The notes beneath the pieces were generated by a model. It did no database searches, was not told the origin of the DNA, and saw only the letters and a program-made list of their open reading frames with translations. Position numbers and translations under genes: made by a program. From a virus (lineage: Duplodnaviria > Caudoviricetes), in the IMG/VR virus record IMGVR_UViG_2934384730_000002, positions 23,867 to 87,866 of that record: DNA of 64,000 nucleotides; one strand, given 5' to 3'. This document shows positions 17,136 through 26,228 of the stretch, piece after piece; position 1 is the first letter of the stretch; the number at the start of each line of letters is the position of its first letter.

Positions 17136-17602
17136 CCGAACAGCTGCCAACCTCCGGTGGTGAGTCGCCCGTGTTCGAGCACGGGTTGCGTGTGGCTCGT
17201 GAGTGGGGAGCGCTCGGGGCGGAGGGGCTGGAGGTTGCCCTCAAGGCGCTGGATGCCCAGTTGGCCCGGGAGCACGCCATCACGGTGTTGAAGCTCAAGG
17301 GGATGGAACGGGATGCCGAGCGGGCCGCGGCCAAGGAGAAGGAGGACGCGGACCGGCGCCTGGCCGTGACGCGGCTCGTCGTCGGGTGCGTAATGGGTCT
17401 GGTGATGATGGGGGCCGGCATCGCCCTCGCTACCTACGCGTGGTGGCTGTCGGCTCTGCTGTGCGGACCGAGCCTCCTCGCTCTGGTGCACGTGCTGGTG
17501 CTGGGGCGGGGCGATCCGGGGGCGCTGCGGTACATCACGGGCGCGTCCCGGCAAGCGACGGACGCGGCCGCGGCCCACCAAGCGGGACCGCCGGCGGTGT
17601 GA
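17132..17602 (+). CDS. Hypothetical 2-TM membrane protein
   Basis: Coiled-coil followed by two hydrophobic helices. Confidence 0.7.
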   Translation: MTEQLPTSGGESPVFEHGLRVAREWGALGAEGLEVALKALDAQLAREHAITVLKLKGMERDAERAAAKEKEDADRRLAVTRLVVGCVMGLVMMGAGIALATYAWWLSALLCGPSLLALVHVLVLGRGDPGALRYITGASRQATDAAAAHQAGPPAV

Positions 17603-17694
17603 CCGCCCCTCGTCGGCGAAGAGCAAACGGGCAACGGCAGGGAGGCAACAGGCAACCCCTGCCGGGGCGGGCCCGGGCGGGGGAGGGTTGAGGC

Positions 17695-18153
17695 ATGACC
17701 TCACCCCTCCCTCCCTTGGTCCGCGTCGTCAGCTTCGGCTACGGCCACACCGGTACGCCCGACAGCGACGGGGCACCGCTGGAGCCGCCCACGGCGGACA
17801 TCACGCTCGACCTCCGTCGGTCCCTCCGCAACCCCCACCACGACCCCGCCATGCGGGACTTGACCGGGTTGGACGACCGAGTCCACGACCACGTCATGGC
17901 GACGCCCGGGGCGCGGCTCCTCGCGCACAACACGGCGCTTGCGGCGCACGTGCTGATGGACGAGGCACGGCCGGAGCTGCTGACGGTGGCGACGGGGTGC
18001 GTCGGCGGCCGGCACCGCGCGGTGTCAATGGCCCGCGCGGTGACCTGCCTGCTGAGGGAGTATTCCCGGGCCGGGGGGTACGGGGTGGAGCTGGTCCACC
18101 GGGACGTTGAGCGGCCGGTGTTGTCCTCCCGGACGCACGTGCAGCCCGAGTGA
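17695..18153 (+). CDS. RapZ C-terminal-domain-like protein
   Basis: VVSFGYGH, D.R..LRNP, LTGLD, GCVGGRHRAV motifs. Confidence 0.8.
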   Translation: MTSPLPPLVRVVSFGYGHTGTPDSDGAPLEPPTADITLDLRRSLRNPHHDPAMRDLTGLDDRVHDHVMATPGARLLAHNTALAAHVLMDEARPELLTVATGCVGGRHRAVSMARAVTCLLREYSRAGGYGVELVHRDVERPVLSSRTHVQPE

Positions 18154-18356
18154 TGCCTATGCGCAGCAGGCACCCACGGAGTGGCCGAGCCGTGTCCGGT
18201 AGGCCAAGGGGCCGTCCGTCCGGCAGAAGACGCACCGCCCGCGCGTGCCGGCCGGGAGCGGTGCGCGCAGCGGGAGTCCGGGCGGCGGGGCCATGACGAG
18301 GGTGCCGCAAGGAGCGCACGCGCAGTCAGGGTCGTGCTCGGTGTCGTGGTGGCCGC

Positions 18357-18836
18357 TCACGTGGCTACCGGGGCCTGCGCCCGTTCGTCGTCGCAGACTC
18401 GGCACCAGGGCTTGAGGGCGGCGTGGGTGATGTTGGCCGTGTAGAAGACCAGCAGGACGGCCAGCAGGCCGCAGCGAACGGTGAACAGCGTCACCGGGTC
18501 GGACGTGAGCCACCGAGCGCCGAAGACGATGCCCAGGTAGACGCCGAGGGTGACGACGGCGCCCACCAGCCCGGTAGGCAGGAGGTGCGCGGCGCGGAGG
18601 AGGCTCCGGTGGCGGACGGCCTGCTCCCGCCCTTCAGCGGGCGTGTAGCGGCACCGCTGGCACTCGCCGCGGGCGTGGCGCTCGATGATCCCTCCGGCGC
18701 AGATGACGAGGCCGGCGAGGAGGATGAACTGAATCCAGGTCACCCACGCCGGGTACGGCCGTGCGAGGGAAAGGGGGAGGTCGCCGAGTACCACGAGCGG
18801 GGGGACGACGAGGGCGGGGTGTCGGAAAGGCTTCAC
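18357..18836 (-). CDS. Multi-TM membrane protein with His/Cys motifs
   Basis: About 4 TM segments; H..GECQRC and H..LKPWCRVC. Confidence 0.65.
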   Translation of the reverse strand: MKPFRHPALVVPPLVVLGDLPLSLARPYPAWVTWIQFILLAGLVICAGGIIERHARGECQRCRYTPAEGREQAVRHRSLLRAAHLLPTGLVGAVVTLGVYLGIVFGARWLTSDPVTLFTVRCGLLAVLLVFYTANITHAALKPWCRVCDDERAQAPVAT

Positions 18837-18897
18837 AGTTCCTCCGGACTAGGGGGCCGGGGATCATAGAGCAGCCGGGCCGTCCCCGGGGGGGGTG

Positions 18898-20556
18898 TCA
18901 CCGGCCGCGCCCGCCGCTGCCGCTCCCTCCGCCGCCGCCGATGGGGCGGGCGTACCGGGACGCGGCCCGGGCTGCTGTCCCTCCGCCGCCGGCCCCGGGG
19001 CGGGCTGGGGAGTGCACGGCGCCGGCCCGCATCCACTCCCCCGCGAACGCCATGACGACGGCGTCGCCCTTGTCCGGGGAGCGCCCCATCCGCTTCACAA
19101 GGTCCTCTTTGGTCTCCACGCGGATCTTCGGGGGGACGCCGGTGGTGGTGTCCCACGTCGGCGCGGTGAGGTCGGCCAGCAGCTCGTCATCGGGCGGGAG
19201 CATCACCTCCGACTCGTAGGCCGGGTCCAGGAGCTCGCGCATCCTCCAGTACGCCTGCGACCTGACGTTGCGGAAGCCCCACTCTCCGTCGCGGGTCCTG
19301 CCCGTGGCCTTGGCCGCTCCGGTGTAGGCAAGGACCGGTACGTCGAGCTCTCGGAGGCGGTCTACGACGCCGCCGCCGACGCCGATGGAGTCGACCACCG
19401 GCGTCGTCTTTCCGTCCGCTCCTGCGGCTGCCTGGACCCGCGCCACCGTGCGCATCGTGTCTTCCTTGTCGTGGGTCTCCAGGGCGGTGACGGCCACGCC
19501 GTGGCGGTGGGCGAGGACGGTGGAGTCGCCGCCGGTCCGGGCGACGTCGACACCGAGGAACCGGCGGCCGGCCAGCGGGGGGCGGCCGGCCTGGTCCCAC
19601 TCGTGCCAGCGCTCCACGGCCGCCTCCACCCACGCCAGCGGGATGACGGAGTCCTCGTCCGACGCGTGGAACTCCCCCAGCACGCGGTTGGCGTACATGG
19701 CGGAGTCGCGGCCCCACTGCCGCGCCCGCTGCTCCGCCCACCCCTGGGAGATCCGGCCCGCCGCGATCGCTTCGTCCAGGGTGACGTGGCGGACCCACCA
19801 GTCCTCCAGGCCGGGGGCGCGGCGGTGGATGTCGTAGAACCGGCCGGCCGGGGGGCCGGGCGTGCTGATGGCGAACGCGAACGCCTCCGGGAGCTGCCCG
19901 GGCGGGCCCTCGGTATGGCCGCCGGAGAAGGCGCCTTCGATCGCGTCCCACGTGCCGTCGGGCACGATCTTCGCTTCGTCCACGAGGTAGAGGAGGGAGT
20001 CTGCGTGGGCGCCCTCGATCAGCTCCGGCTTGTTGGACGCCACCGGGGTGGCCGCGCCGCTCTCCAGTTTCAAGTTCAGCGCGAGGAGTTCCGTCCGCTC
20101 CGAGAACGCAGGCCGGCCCACCTGGTCCCAGCGGATGCGCTTGGACCACTTCCGCAGCTCGGGCACGAGGTACACCGACAGGTGCCGCCACGCCGAGGCG
20201 GTCATGATGACTTTCCAGTCGATGCCCGCGGCCTCCCGGGTCGTCGCGAACCACAGGACACCGATGGCGGACATGCCGGTCTTGCCGAGCCCGTGGGGGC
20301 CTCGTACGGCCACGCGCCGCCGGGTGGGGATCGCGCCGAGGGCGTCCTCCTGGTAGGCGGTCAGGCCCTCGCCGGGCTGCCAGGCGATGCAGTCGCGGGC
20401 CCACCCGACGGGGTCGTACATGTAGCGCATGACGCGGCGGGAGTTCTTCCGCGCCCGGGCCCGGCGGACGGCATCGCGGACCTCCCGGAGCGCGGTCACG
20501 TCGCCGGCCTGGACGAGCGCGAGGACCTGGCGCTCCACGTCCTCACGGGACCTCAC
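18898..20556 (-). CDS. Terminase large subunit
   Basis: Walker A GPHGLGKT, Walker B YLVDEA, nuclease GVDVAR...SPDKGDA. Confidence 0.9.
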   Translation of the reverse strand: MRSREDVERQVLALVQAGDVTALREVRDAVRRARARKNSRRVMRYMYDPVGWARDCIAWQPGEGLTAYQEDALGAIPTRRRVAVRGPHGLGKTGMSAIGVLWFATTREAAGIDWKVIMTASAWRHLSVYLVPELRKWSKRIRWDQVGRPAFSERTELLALNLKLESGAATPVASNKPELIEGAHADSLLYLVDEAKIVPDGTWDAIEGAFSGGHTEGPPGQLPEAFAFAISTPGPPAGRFYDIHRRAPGLEDWWVRHVTLDEAIAAGRISQGWAEQRARQWGRDSAMYANRVLGEFHASDEDSVIPLAWVEAAVERWHEWDQAGRPPLAGRRFLGVDVARTGGDSTVLAHRHGVAVTALETHDKEDTMRTVARVQAAAGADGKTTPVVDSIGVGGGVVDRLRELDVPVLAYTGAAKATGRTRDGEWGFRNVRSQAYWRMRELLDPAYESEVMLPPDDELLADLTAPTWDTTTGVPPKIRVETKEDLVKRMGRSPDKGDAVVMAFAGEWMRAGAVHSPARPGAGGGGTAARAASRYARPIGGGGGSGSGGRGR

Positions 20557-20981
20557 GGCCCGTCCCCCGGCCCGTCGTCGTCGCTGCTCTCCAGCATGGC
20601 CATGATCTCGTCGCCGAGCTTCTGTGCCTCCACGTTGAGGCGGGTCGGGGCCTTGGTGCCCTCGACGTCCGCGCGGCCCGCCAGGCAGCGGAGCACGACG
20701 TCCGCGGCCTTCTTGTCCTTCTCCTGGATGGCGAGCGGCCAGAACGCGGCCTGGAGCCGGTCGTAGCGCGCGACGGTGAGGGCGCGCAGCTCGTCCACGT
20801 TGTCGTGCTGCTCGCGGAGGTTCGCTTTCAGGGCCTCGCTCACGGCGGTGCAGGCGGCGCCGGGTGAGGCGTAGCCGACGCGGTCCGCGATCGTCGCCCA
20901 GTCGACGCCGGCGACGCGTAGCGCGGTCGCCTGCGCGCGCTTCTTCGCCGCGGCGGCCCGCTGTGCTTTCGATGCGCCCAC
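20553..20981 (-). CDS. Terminase small subunit (HTH)
   Basis: LRVAGVDWATIADRVGY HTH; directly upstream of the large subunit. Confidence 0.75.
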   Translation of the reverse strand: MGASKAQRAAAAKKRAQATALRVAGVDWATIADRVGYASPGAACTAVSEALKANLREQHDNVDELRALTVARYDRLQAAFWPLAIQEKDKKAADVVLRCLAGRADVEGTKAPTRLNVEAQKLGDEIMAMLESSDDDGPGDGP

Positions 20982-21073
20982 GGGGCCCTCACTTTCCAGA
21001 GTCTTATGGGTTCCAGGGACGCCCCGGTGCCCGGTGGGCGGTGCGGGGGCGGTCGCCGGGGGGGGTGGGGTGG

Positions 21074-21685
21074 TCAGGTGGTCATGAGGTGGTGGAGGTC
21101 TGCGCGCGCCTGGGGAGAGGCGTGGAAGTGCCCGGTGTAGGAGGCGGTGACCATGACGGAGCCGGGCTTGCGGGCGCCTCGGTGGGTGAGGCAGCCGTGG
21201 GCGGAGCGGATGATGCAGGCGGCGCCGAGGGTGTCGAGGTGGGTGTCCAGGGCGGTGGTGACCTGCTGGGTGAGCTGTTCCTGTGTCTGGAGGCGTCGGG
21301 CGTAGACGTCGAGGACTCGGGGGAGTTTGGACAGGCCGGCGACGGGGGCGCCGGGGGCGGGCTGGTAGGCGATGTCTGCGTGGCCGGTGAAGGGGAGGAG
21401 GTGGTGTTCGCAGAGGGAGGTGAAGGGGACGCCGGTGACGAGGATGGGGCCGCCGTCGTGGTCGACGGGGAAGGTGCGGGCGAGGTGGTCGGCGGGGTCT
21501 TCGTCGTATCCGGCGGTCATCTCGGTGAGGGCGCGGAGGACGCGGGCGGGGGTGTCAGTGAGGGCGGGGCTCGTGGGGTCGAGGCCGCGGGCGGTGAGCC
21601 AGGAGCGGAGGCCGGCGGTGTAGGCGTCGGCGGCGGTCTCCTGGGCGGTGGGGAGGCTGGTGTGGGGCGGGGTGGTGGTGGTCAT
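21074..21685 (-). CDS. folE: GTP cyclohydrolase I
   Basis: SLCEHHLLPF, GLSKLPR, RRLQTQE, HGCLTHRG. Confidence 0.95.
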   Translation of the reverse strand: MTTTTPPHTSLPTAQETAADAYTAGLRSWLTARGLDPTSPALTDTPARVLRALTEMTAGYDEDPADHLARTFPVDHDGGPILVTGVPFTSLCEHHLLPFTGHADIAYQPAPGAPVAGLSKLPRVLDVYARRLQTQEQLTQQVTTALDTHLDTLGAACIIRSAHGCLTHRGARKPGSVMVTASYTGHFHASPQARADLHHLMTT

Positions 21686-21687
21686 GG

Positions 21688-22416
21688 TCAGCGGGCCCTT
21701 TCGTCGCCCCACGCGTGGACGTGGAGGCGGGTAGTGAGGTTGAACCCGGCCGTGATGGCGGGGTCTGCGATGGCGGCCAGGTGGGCGTTCAGGGCGGCGG
21801 GGGTGGTGCCTTCGGGCATGACCCACACCCGGGCCGGGGGTACGCCCCACGCCGCCGTGTAGGTGGCTACCTGGGCGACGTCGGCGGGGGTGCGGCACAC
21901 GAACTTGAACGCGGCGCGGCCGGTGGCGTTGAGCGCGGCGAGCTGGGCGGGGCGGATACGGGCCCGCTCGGGGTCGCCGGCGTGGGGGAGCTTCGGGGAG
22001 ACGTTGAAGCGTGCGACGGCGGCCGTCGTGGTGGGGGTGGGGGCGATGGTGCCGTTGGTCTCCACCTCGATCTCCGCGCCGCCCGCGGTGAGGAGGTCGA
22101 GGAGCGTCGTCCAGCTGGGCTGGTGCTGGTGGAGGAGAGGTTCGCCGCCGGTGATGACGACGACGCCGGGGGCGCCCTGGAGCGCGCGGGCGGCGATGTC
22201 GGCCACGGGGGTGCGGGTGAGTTCGGCGCGCAGGTCGTACCGGTCCCCGTCCCAGGTGTAAGGGGTGTCGCACCACGTACAGGACAGGTTGCAGCCGCCG
22301 AGGCGAACGAACGAGGCGCGGCGGCCGAGGGAGGGGCCTTCGCCTTGCACGGTCGGGCCGAACGTCTCGGCGACGACGAGGGTGGCCGGGGTGGGGGTGG
22401 GTGGGGTGGTGGTCAT
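21688..22416 (-). CDS. queE: 7-carboxy-7-deazaguanine synthase (radical SAM)
   Basis: TVQGEG..G...FVRLGGCNLSCTWCDT, ITGGEP, ETNG, VSPKL. Confidence 0.95.
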   Translation of the reverse strand: MTTTPPTPTPATLVVAETFGPTVQGEGPSLGRRASFVRLGGCNLSCTWCDTPYTWDGDRYDLRAELTRTPVADIAARALQGAPGVVVITGGEPLLHQHQPSWTTLLDLLTAGGAEIEVETNGTIAPTPTTTAAVARFNVSPKLPHAGDPERARIRPAQLAALNATGRAAFKFVCRTPADVAQVATYTAAWGVPPARVWVMPEGTTPAALNAHLAAIADPAITAGFNLTTRLHVHAWGDERAR

Positions 22417-22856
22417 GCGGCTGTCCTCGTGCTGGGTGCGTGCCAGGTGGCGGCGTTGACGTGGGTCTCCTGGACGTGGACGCGGGTGATGGCGGCGCCG
22501 GGGGCGCGGCGGAGGTCGAGGAGGGCGGTGTGGGCGACGTCGGCGAGGAGCGCGGCGACGTTCTCCACGGTCGGCCAGCCGGGCACCTGGTGGACCTTGG
22601 TGGTGTGGGCGCGGAGCAGGGGGACGAGCGGGTCTTGGGGGCCGAGCATGACGCCGTGGTCCAGGTGCTCATCGATCCACCGGCGGATGCGCTGTTTGAA
22701 CGGGCCGAACTCGACCACGAGGCTGTCGGCGAGCTGGGGGGCGGTGACGGTGATCTCGGCCCACCAGGAGTGGCCGTGCAGGGACTCGCACTTGCCGGGC
22801 AGGTGCGGTAGGCGGTGGGCGGTCTCGAAGTTGTGGCGGACGGTCACGGAGTGCAC
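22413..22856 (-). CDS. queD: 6-carboxy-tetrahydropterin synthase
   Basis: FETAHRL, CESLHGHSW, LDH, PTVENVA, QET. Confidence 0.93.
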   Translation of the reverse strand: MHSVTVRHNFETAHRLPHLPGKCESLHGHSWWAEITVTAPQLADSLVVEFGPFKQRIRRWIDEHLDHGVMLGPQDPLVPLLRAHTTKVHQVPGWPTVENVAALLADVAHTALLDLRRAPGAAITRVHVQETHVNAATWHAPSTRTAA

Positions 22857-22857
22857 G

Positions 22858-23547
22858 TCAGATCCTCTCGTTGGCGTAGGTGGTGGGGTCGGGCACGCCG
22901 GCGTCGGTGAACGCCTCGCGGCGCTCCACGCAGGTGCCGCAGCGTCCGCAGTGGGCGGTGCCGCCCTGGTAGCAGGACCAGGACAGGGCGAGGGGGGCGT
23001 CCAGGGTGGCGGCCAGGCGGGCAATGTCGGTTTTGGTGCGGTTGATGAACGGGGCGTCCACGTAGGGGGTGTGGAAGCCGTCGAGGGCGGCCGTGGTGGA
23101 CGCTTGGAGGGCGGTGAGGAAGGCGGGCCGGCAGTCTGGGTAGACGTGGTGGTCGCCGGCGTGGATACCGAGGGCGACGACGCGTGCGCCGCGGGCGGAG
23201 CCGATACCGACGGCGATGTTCGCCATGATCGCGTTGCGGTTGGGGACGACGGTGGCGCGCATGGACTCGGCGGCGTAGTGGCCTTCGGGGACGTCCACGG
23301 TGGGGTCGGTGAGCGCGGAGCCGGGCATGAGCGCGCCGACGGTGGTGAGGTCCACGATGTGGTGTTCGGCGGCGTAGTGGGCGGCGACCTCTCGGGCGGC
23401 TTCCAGTTCGCGGGTGTGGCGCTGGCCGTAGTCGACGGTCAGGAGCAGCAGGCGGTAGCCGCGGCGGTGGTAGTAGGCGGCGAGGGTGGTGGAGTCCATG
23501 CCGCCGGAGAACGCGAGGACAGCGAGCGGCTGGTGAGTGGTAGTCAT
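22858..23547 (-). CDS. queC: 7-cyano-7-deazaguanine (preQ0) synthase
   Basis: FSGGMDST, VPNRN, YPDCRP, SCY...CGRCGTC. Confidence 0.95.
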   Translation of the reverse strand: MTTTHQPLAVLAFSGGMDSTTLAAYYHRRGYRLLLLTVDYGQRHTRELEAAREVAAHYAAEHHIVDLTTVGALMPGSALTDPTVDVPEGHYAAESMRATVVPNRNAIMANIAVGIGSARGARVVALGIHAGDHHVYPDCRPAFLTALQASTTAALDGFHTPYVDAPFINRTKTDIARLAATLDAPLALSWSCYQGGTAHCGRCGTCVERREAFTDAGVPDPTTYANERI

Positions 23548-24458
23548 GCGGGGACTTCCTTACGCATACGGAGGTAGTGGGCGGCGTGGAGAAAATTGCG
23601 GGTTTTGACGTCCGCCAGGTAGAGGACGGTCCCGGGGGCCTGCCACCCCCGGGGGGGCTGCACTTGGTGGCGGGCCTGGAGCATCGAGCCGTAGTGGCGC
23701 CATGCCTCGGCGGCGGCACCGAGCAGCATCCTTTGCTCTGCTACGTACGTGTCCCGCTCGCGGGCGGCTCGCTGACCGAATCCCGTCCGGGCGACCGCGG
23801 TGGGGTCCAGGCCGTGCGCTTGTAGCAGACGTGCGTGGCTGTGTACGTCAGCAGGCTGGTTCAAGGGGACGACTCGGATCTTGTGGGCACGGTCGTCCCA
23901 CAGTGGGAGTCGGCCGTACCGCGTACTGGCAGTCCAAGAGGAGGAGTCGACGGAGTAGAACGGCAGGTTTACGTTCGCGGTATGGGCGGTCTGGCCGAAT
24001 CCGTGGAAGCGGGTGCCGTGATGACGGGCGATGGCGAAGGCGCGCACCAGCCACCGCATGACCGGCTTGGGGGAGGCGGAGTGCGGCACCATGCCGCCGA
24101 GAGCGATGTAGGGGTGGCGGGCACACAGGTCCTCCAGAACGGACCAAGGGGTGCCAACGTGGAACGTGGGCAGTACAGGGTGGCCCGCGTCGTGGAGCGC
24201 TGCGGTGTTCGCAGCGGTGGCTTTGGGGTCGCCAATGACGTCGAGGGTCGCCGCGGTGGTGATCAGGGGGCCCCACTCCCGGAGCCACGCGGCGTAGTCG
24301 GCAAGTCGAATGGGCGTTCCGAGCGTGGCGGCGGAGTAGGCGCCGGAGTCCGCGAACAGTTCTACAGGGCCGTCGTAAGCGGAGCGCAGGTCTGCGAGCA
24401 GGTCCGCCATGTCGGTGCGGGGGTAGTAGTGGAAGGAGGCCAGCACACGGAGAGTCAT
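23544..24458 (-). CDS. dpdA: TGT-fold deazaguanine DNA transglycosylase (DpdA-like), copy 2
   Basis: LFADSGAYSA, LDVIGD, PTFHVG, YIALGGMV, FHGFG, FYSVDSSSW. Confidence 0.75.
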   Translation of the reverse strand: MTLRVLASFHYYPRTDMADLLADLRSAYDGPVELFADSGAYSAATLGTPIRLADYAAWLREWGPLITTAATLDVIGDPKATAANTAALHDAGHPVLPTFHVGTPWSVLEDLCARHPYIALGGMVPHSASPKPVMRWLVRAFAIARHHGTRFHGFGQTAHTANVNLPFYSVDSSSWTASTRYGRLPLWDDRAHKIRVVPLNQPADVHSHARLLQAHGLDPTAVARTGFGQRAARERDTYVAEQRMLLGAAAEAWRHYGSMLQARHQVQPPRGWQAPGTVLYLADVKTRNFLHAAHYLRMRKEVPA

Positions 24459-24462
24459 CGTC

Positions 24463-25371
24463 TTACCTCGGGGGCGGGGTCTGGCGGATGAGGCGGCGCA
24501 GCGGTTCGCGGTCCTTCTCGCCAGCACCGCCGAGTGCCAGGTAGACCTTGGTGCCGGTGTCCGCCTTGCGTGGGAGTGGCGGCGGGGGGACCTGGTGGCG
24601 GCGGGCGAGGGAGGTTTCCATGAGGCCGTAGGCGCGGGCTGCGGCGGCGGTGACGGCTGCCCGGTCGTCTGCGACGTCGCCCCGGCCGGGGCGCATGAAG
24701 TCGGGGTGGATGACCCGGGCCGGGTCGAGACCATGGCGGCGGAACAGCTGTGCGTGGGGGCGGACCTCTTCGGGGTTGCGGAAGAGGACCGCCTCCATGC
24801 GCCAGGCCGCCGGGTTCCACAGGTAGGACAGGCCCCAGCGCTCCCCGAACACGTAGCTGGAGCTGTCGATGGAGTAGAACGGCAGGTGCTTGACGATCTG
24901 TGCCGAGGTGAGGCCGAAGCCGTGGAAGCGGGTGCCGTGGTCGCGGGCGATGGTGAAGCAGCGCACGAGCCACGCCATGAGCGGGCGTTGCTTCGCGGAG
25001 CCGACGGCGTGAAGGGCCATGCCGCCCAGGGCGACGTACTCGTGGCTGGCGCACAGCTGCTCCAGGACCGGCCAGGGCGAGCCGAGATGGAACGTGGGCA
25101 GCACGGGCAGCCCGGCGTCTTGGAGAGCGGTGGTGTTGGCGGCGGTGGCCTCGTGGTCGCCGATGACGTCGAGGCCGGCCCGTACGGTCCACAGCGGTTC
25201 CCAGTCGCGGAGCCATGCGGCGTAGTCGGCGAGGTTGATGGTGGCGCCGGTGGTGGCGGCGGAGTATGCGCCGGAGTCCGCGAACAGGTCGACGTCCCCG
25301 CCCAGCTCGGCGACGAGGCCGGCGAGGTCGGTGTTCCGGTGGTAGTGGTAGGAGACGAGGAGCCGCATCAC
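24463..25371 (-). CDS. dpdA: TGT-fold deazaguanine DNA transglycosylase (DpdA-like), copy 1
   Basis: LFADSGAYSA, LDVIGD, PTFHLG, YVALGGMA, FHGFG, FYSIDSSSY. Confidence 0.75.
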   Translation of the reverse strand: MMRLLVSYHYHRNTDLAGLVAELGGDVDLFADSGAYSAATTGATINLADYAAWLRDWEPLWTVRAGLDVIGDHEATAANTTALQDAGLPVLPTFHLGSPWPVLEQLCASHEYVALGGMALHAVGSAKQRPLMAWLVRCFTIARDHGTRFHGFGLTSAQIVKHLPFYSIDSSSYVFGERWGLSYLWNPAAWRMEAVLFRNPEEVRPHAQLFRRHGLDPARVIHPDFMRPGRGDVADDRAAVTAAAARAYGLMETSLARRHQVPPPPLPRKADTGTKVYLALGGAGEKDREPLRRLIRQTPPPR

Positions 25372-26060
25372 GCGGTCTCCGGGTCGGGGGCGGTGCGGGC
25401 GCGTTCCAGGAGGTAGCGGAAGCGCTCGGCGTCGTCGTTGGGGTTGGGGCAGTTGATCGTGAGGCCGTAGAAGGCGTCCCGGAGTTCCGGGGACACGCGG
25501 AACTTGAGGACGGGCCAGAAGTCGTCTGCTTCGGGGTCGCCGTAGGTGTCGGCCAGTTCCTCGAGGGAGGGGGGCGGGGCCACGAGGAGGTTGATGTCGG
25601 TGTCGGTGTAGCCGGTGCCCTCGTACCCGTCGTCATCGAGGTACGACAGGAGTTCGGCGAGGGCGTCGCGGTCGTAGGTGCCGTCGTCGCTCGCCTTGTT
25701 GTCCACGAGGTTGATGCGGCGGGCGGTGTCGTCGTCGCAGATGATCACCTCGCAGCGGGCGGAGGGCGTCCAGTCCTCGCCGTAGCAGACGCCGCACGGC
25801 CGCTCCTTCCCCTGGTGGGTGGTGCGGTAGGTGCAGGCGCCGGGGCCATGGAGGGCGAGGGCCTGCATGGTGTGGTTGCCGGCGAGGACGACGAGCGGGC
25901 CGTCCGGCTGTACGTCGCGGACGACCAGGCCGCGGTACTGGCCGTTGCGCTTGAGGCTGTTGAGGATGAGCTCGACGTCCCCGCGGCGGGCGTTGCCGGG
26001 GAAGTGCTGGAGCTGGTTGAGGAGCAGGGTGTCCGTGCGTACGTGGGTGGCGGGTGGCAT
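25368..26060 (-). CDS. ParB/Srx-like N-terminal domain protein
   Basis: PGNARRGDV..I..SL..NGQYR, VLAGNHT, NLVDNKASD. Confidence 0.75.
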   Translation of the reverse strand: MPPATHVRTDTLLLNQLQHFPGNARRGDVELILNSLKRNGQYRGLVVRDVQPDGPLVVLAGNHTMQALALHGPGACTYRTTHQGKERPCGVCYGEDWTPSARCEVIICDDDTARRINLVDNKASDDGTYDRDALAELLSYLDDDGYEGTGYTDTDINLLVAPPPSLEELADTYGDPEADDFWPVLKFRVSPELRDAFYGLTINCPNPNDDAERFRYLLERARTAPDPETA

Positions 26061-26228
26061 GGGCGGCTGCTCCTGGTCGGGTCGGGGTCGGCGGCCCAGG
26101 AGGATAAGCGCCCGCCTTGATCACATTCGGGGACGCGGGAGGGCCCGCCCGGGCGGGTGCCGGGCGGGCCCTGTGGTCAACGGGGTGTCAGGTGGTGCGG
26201 GTGGCGGGGTCGGGGCGGTTGCGGAGGG

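Noticed and set aside
21074-23547. Host tRNA queuosine operon
   Set aside because: No queF or queA; the neighbours look like phage DpdA and the cluster abuts terminase.
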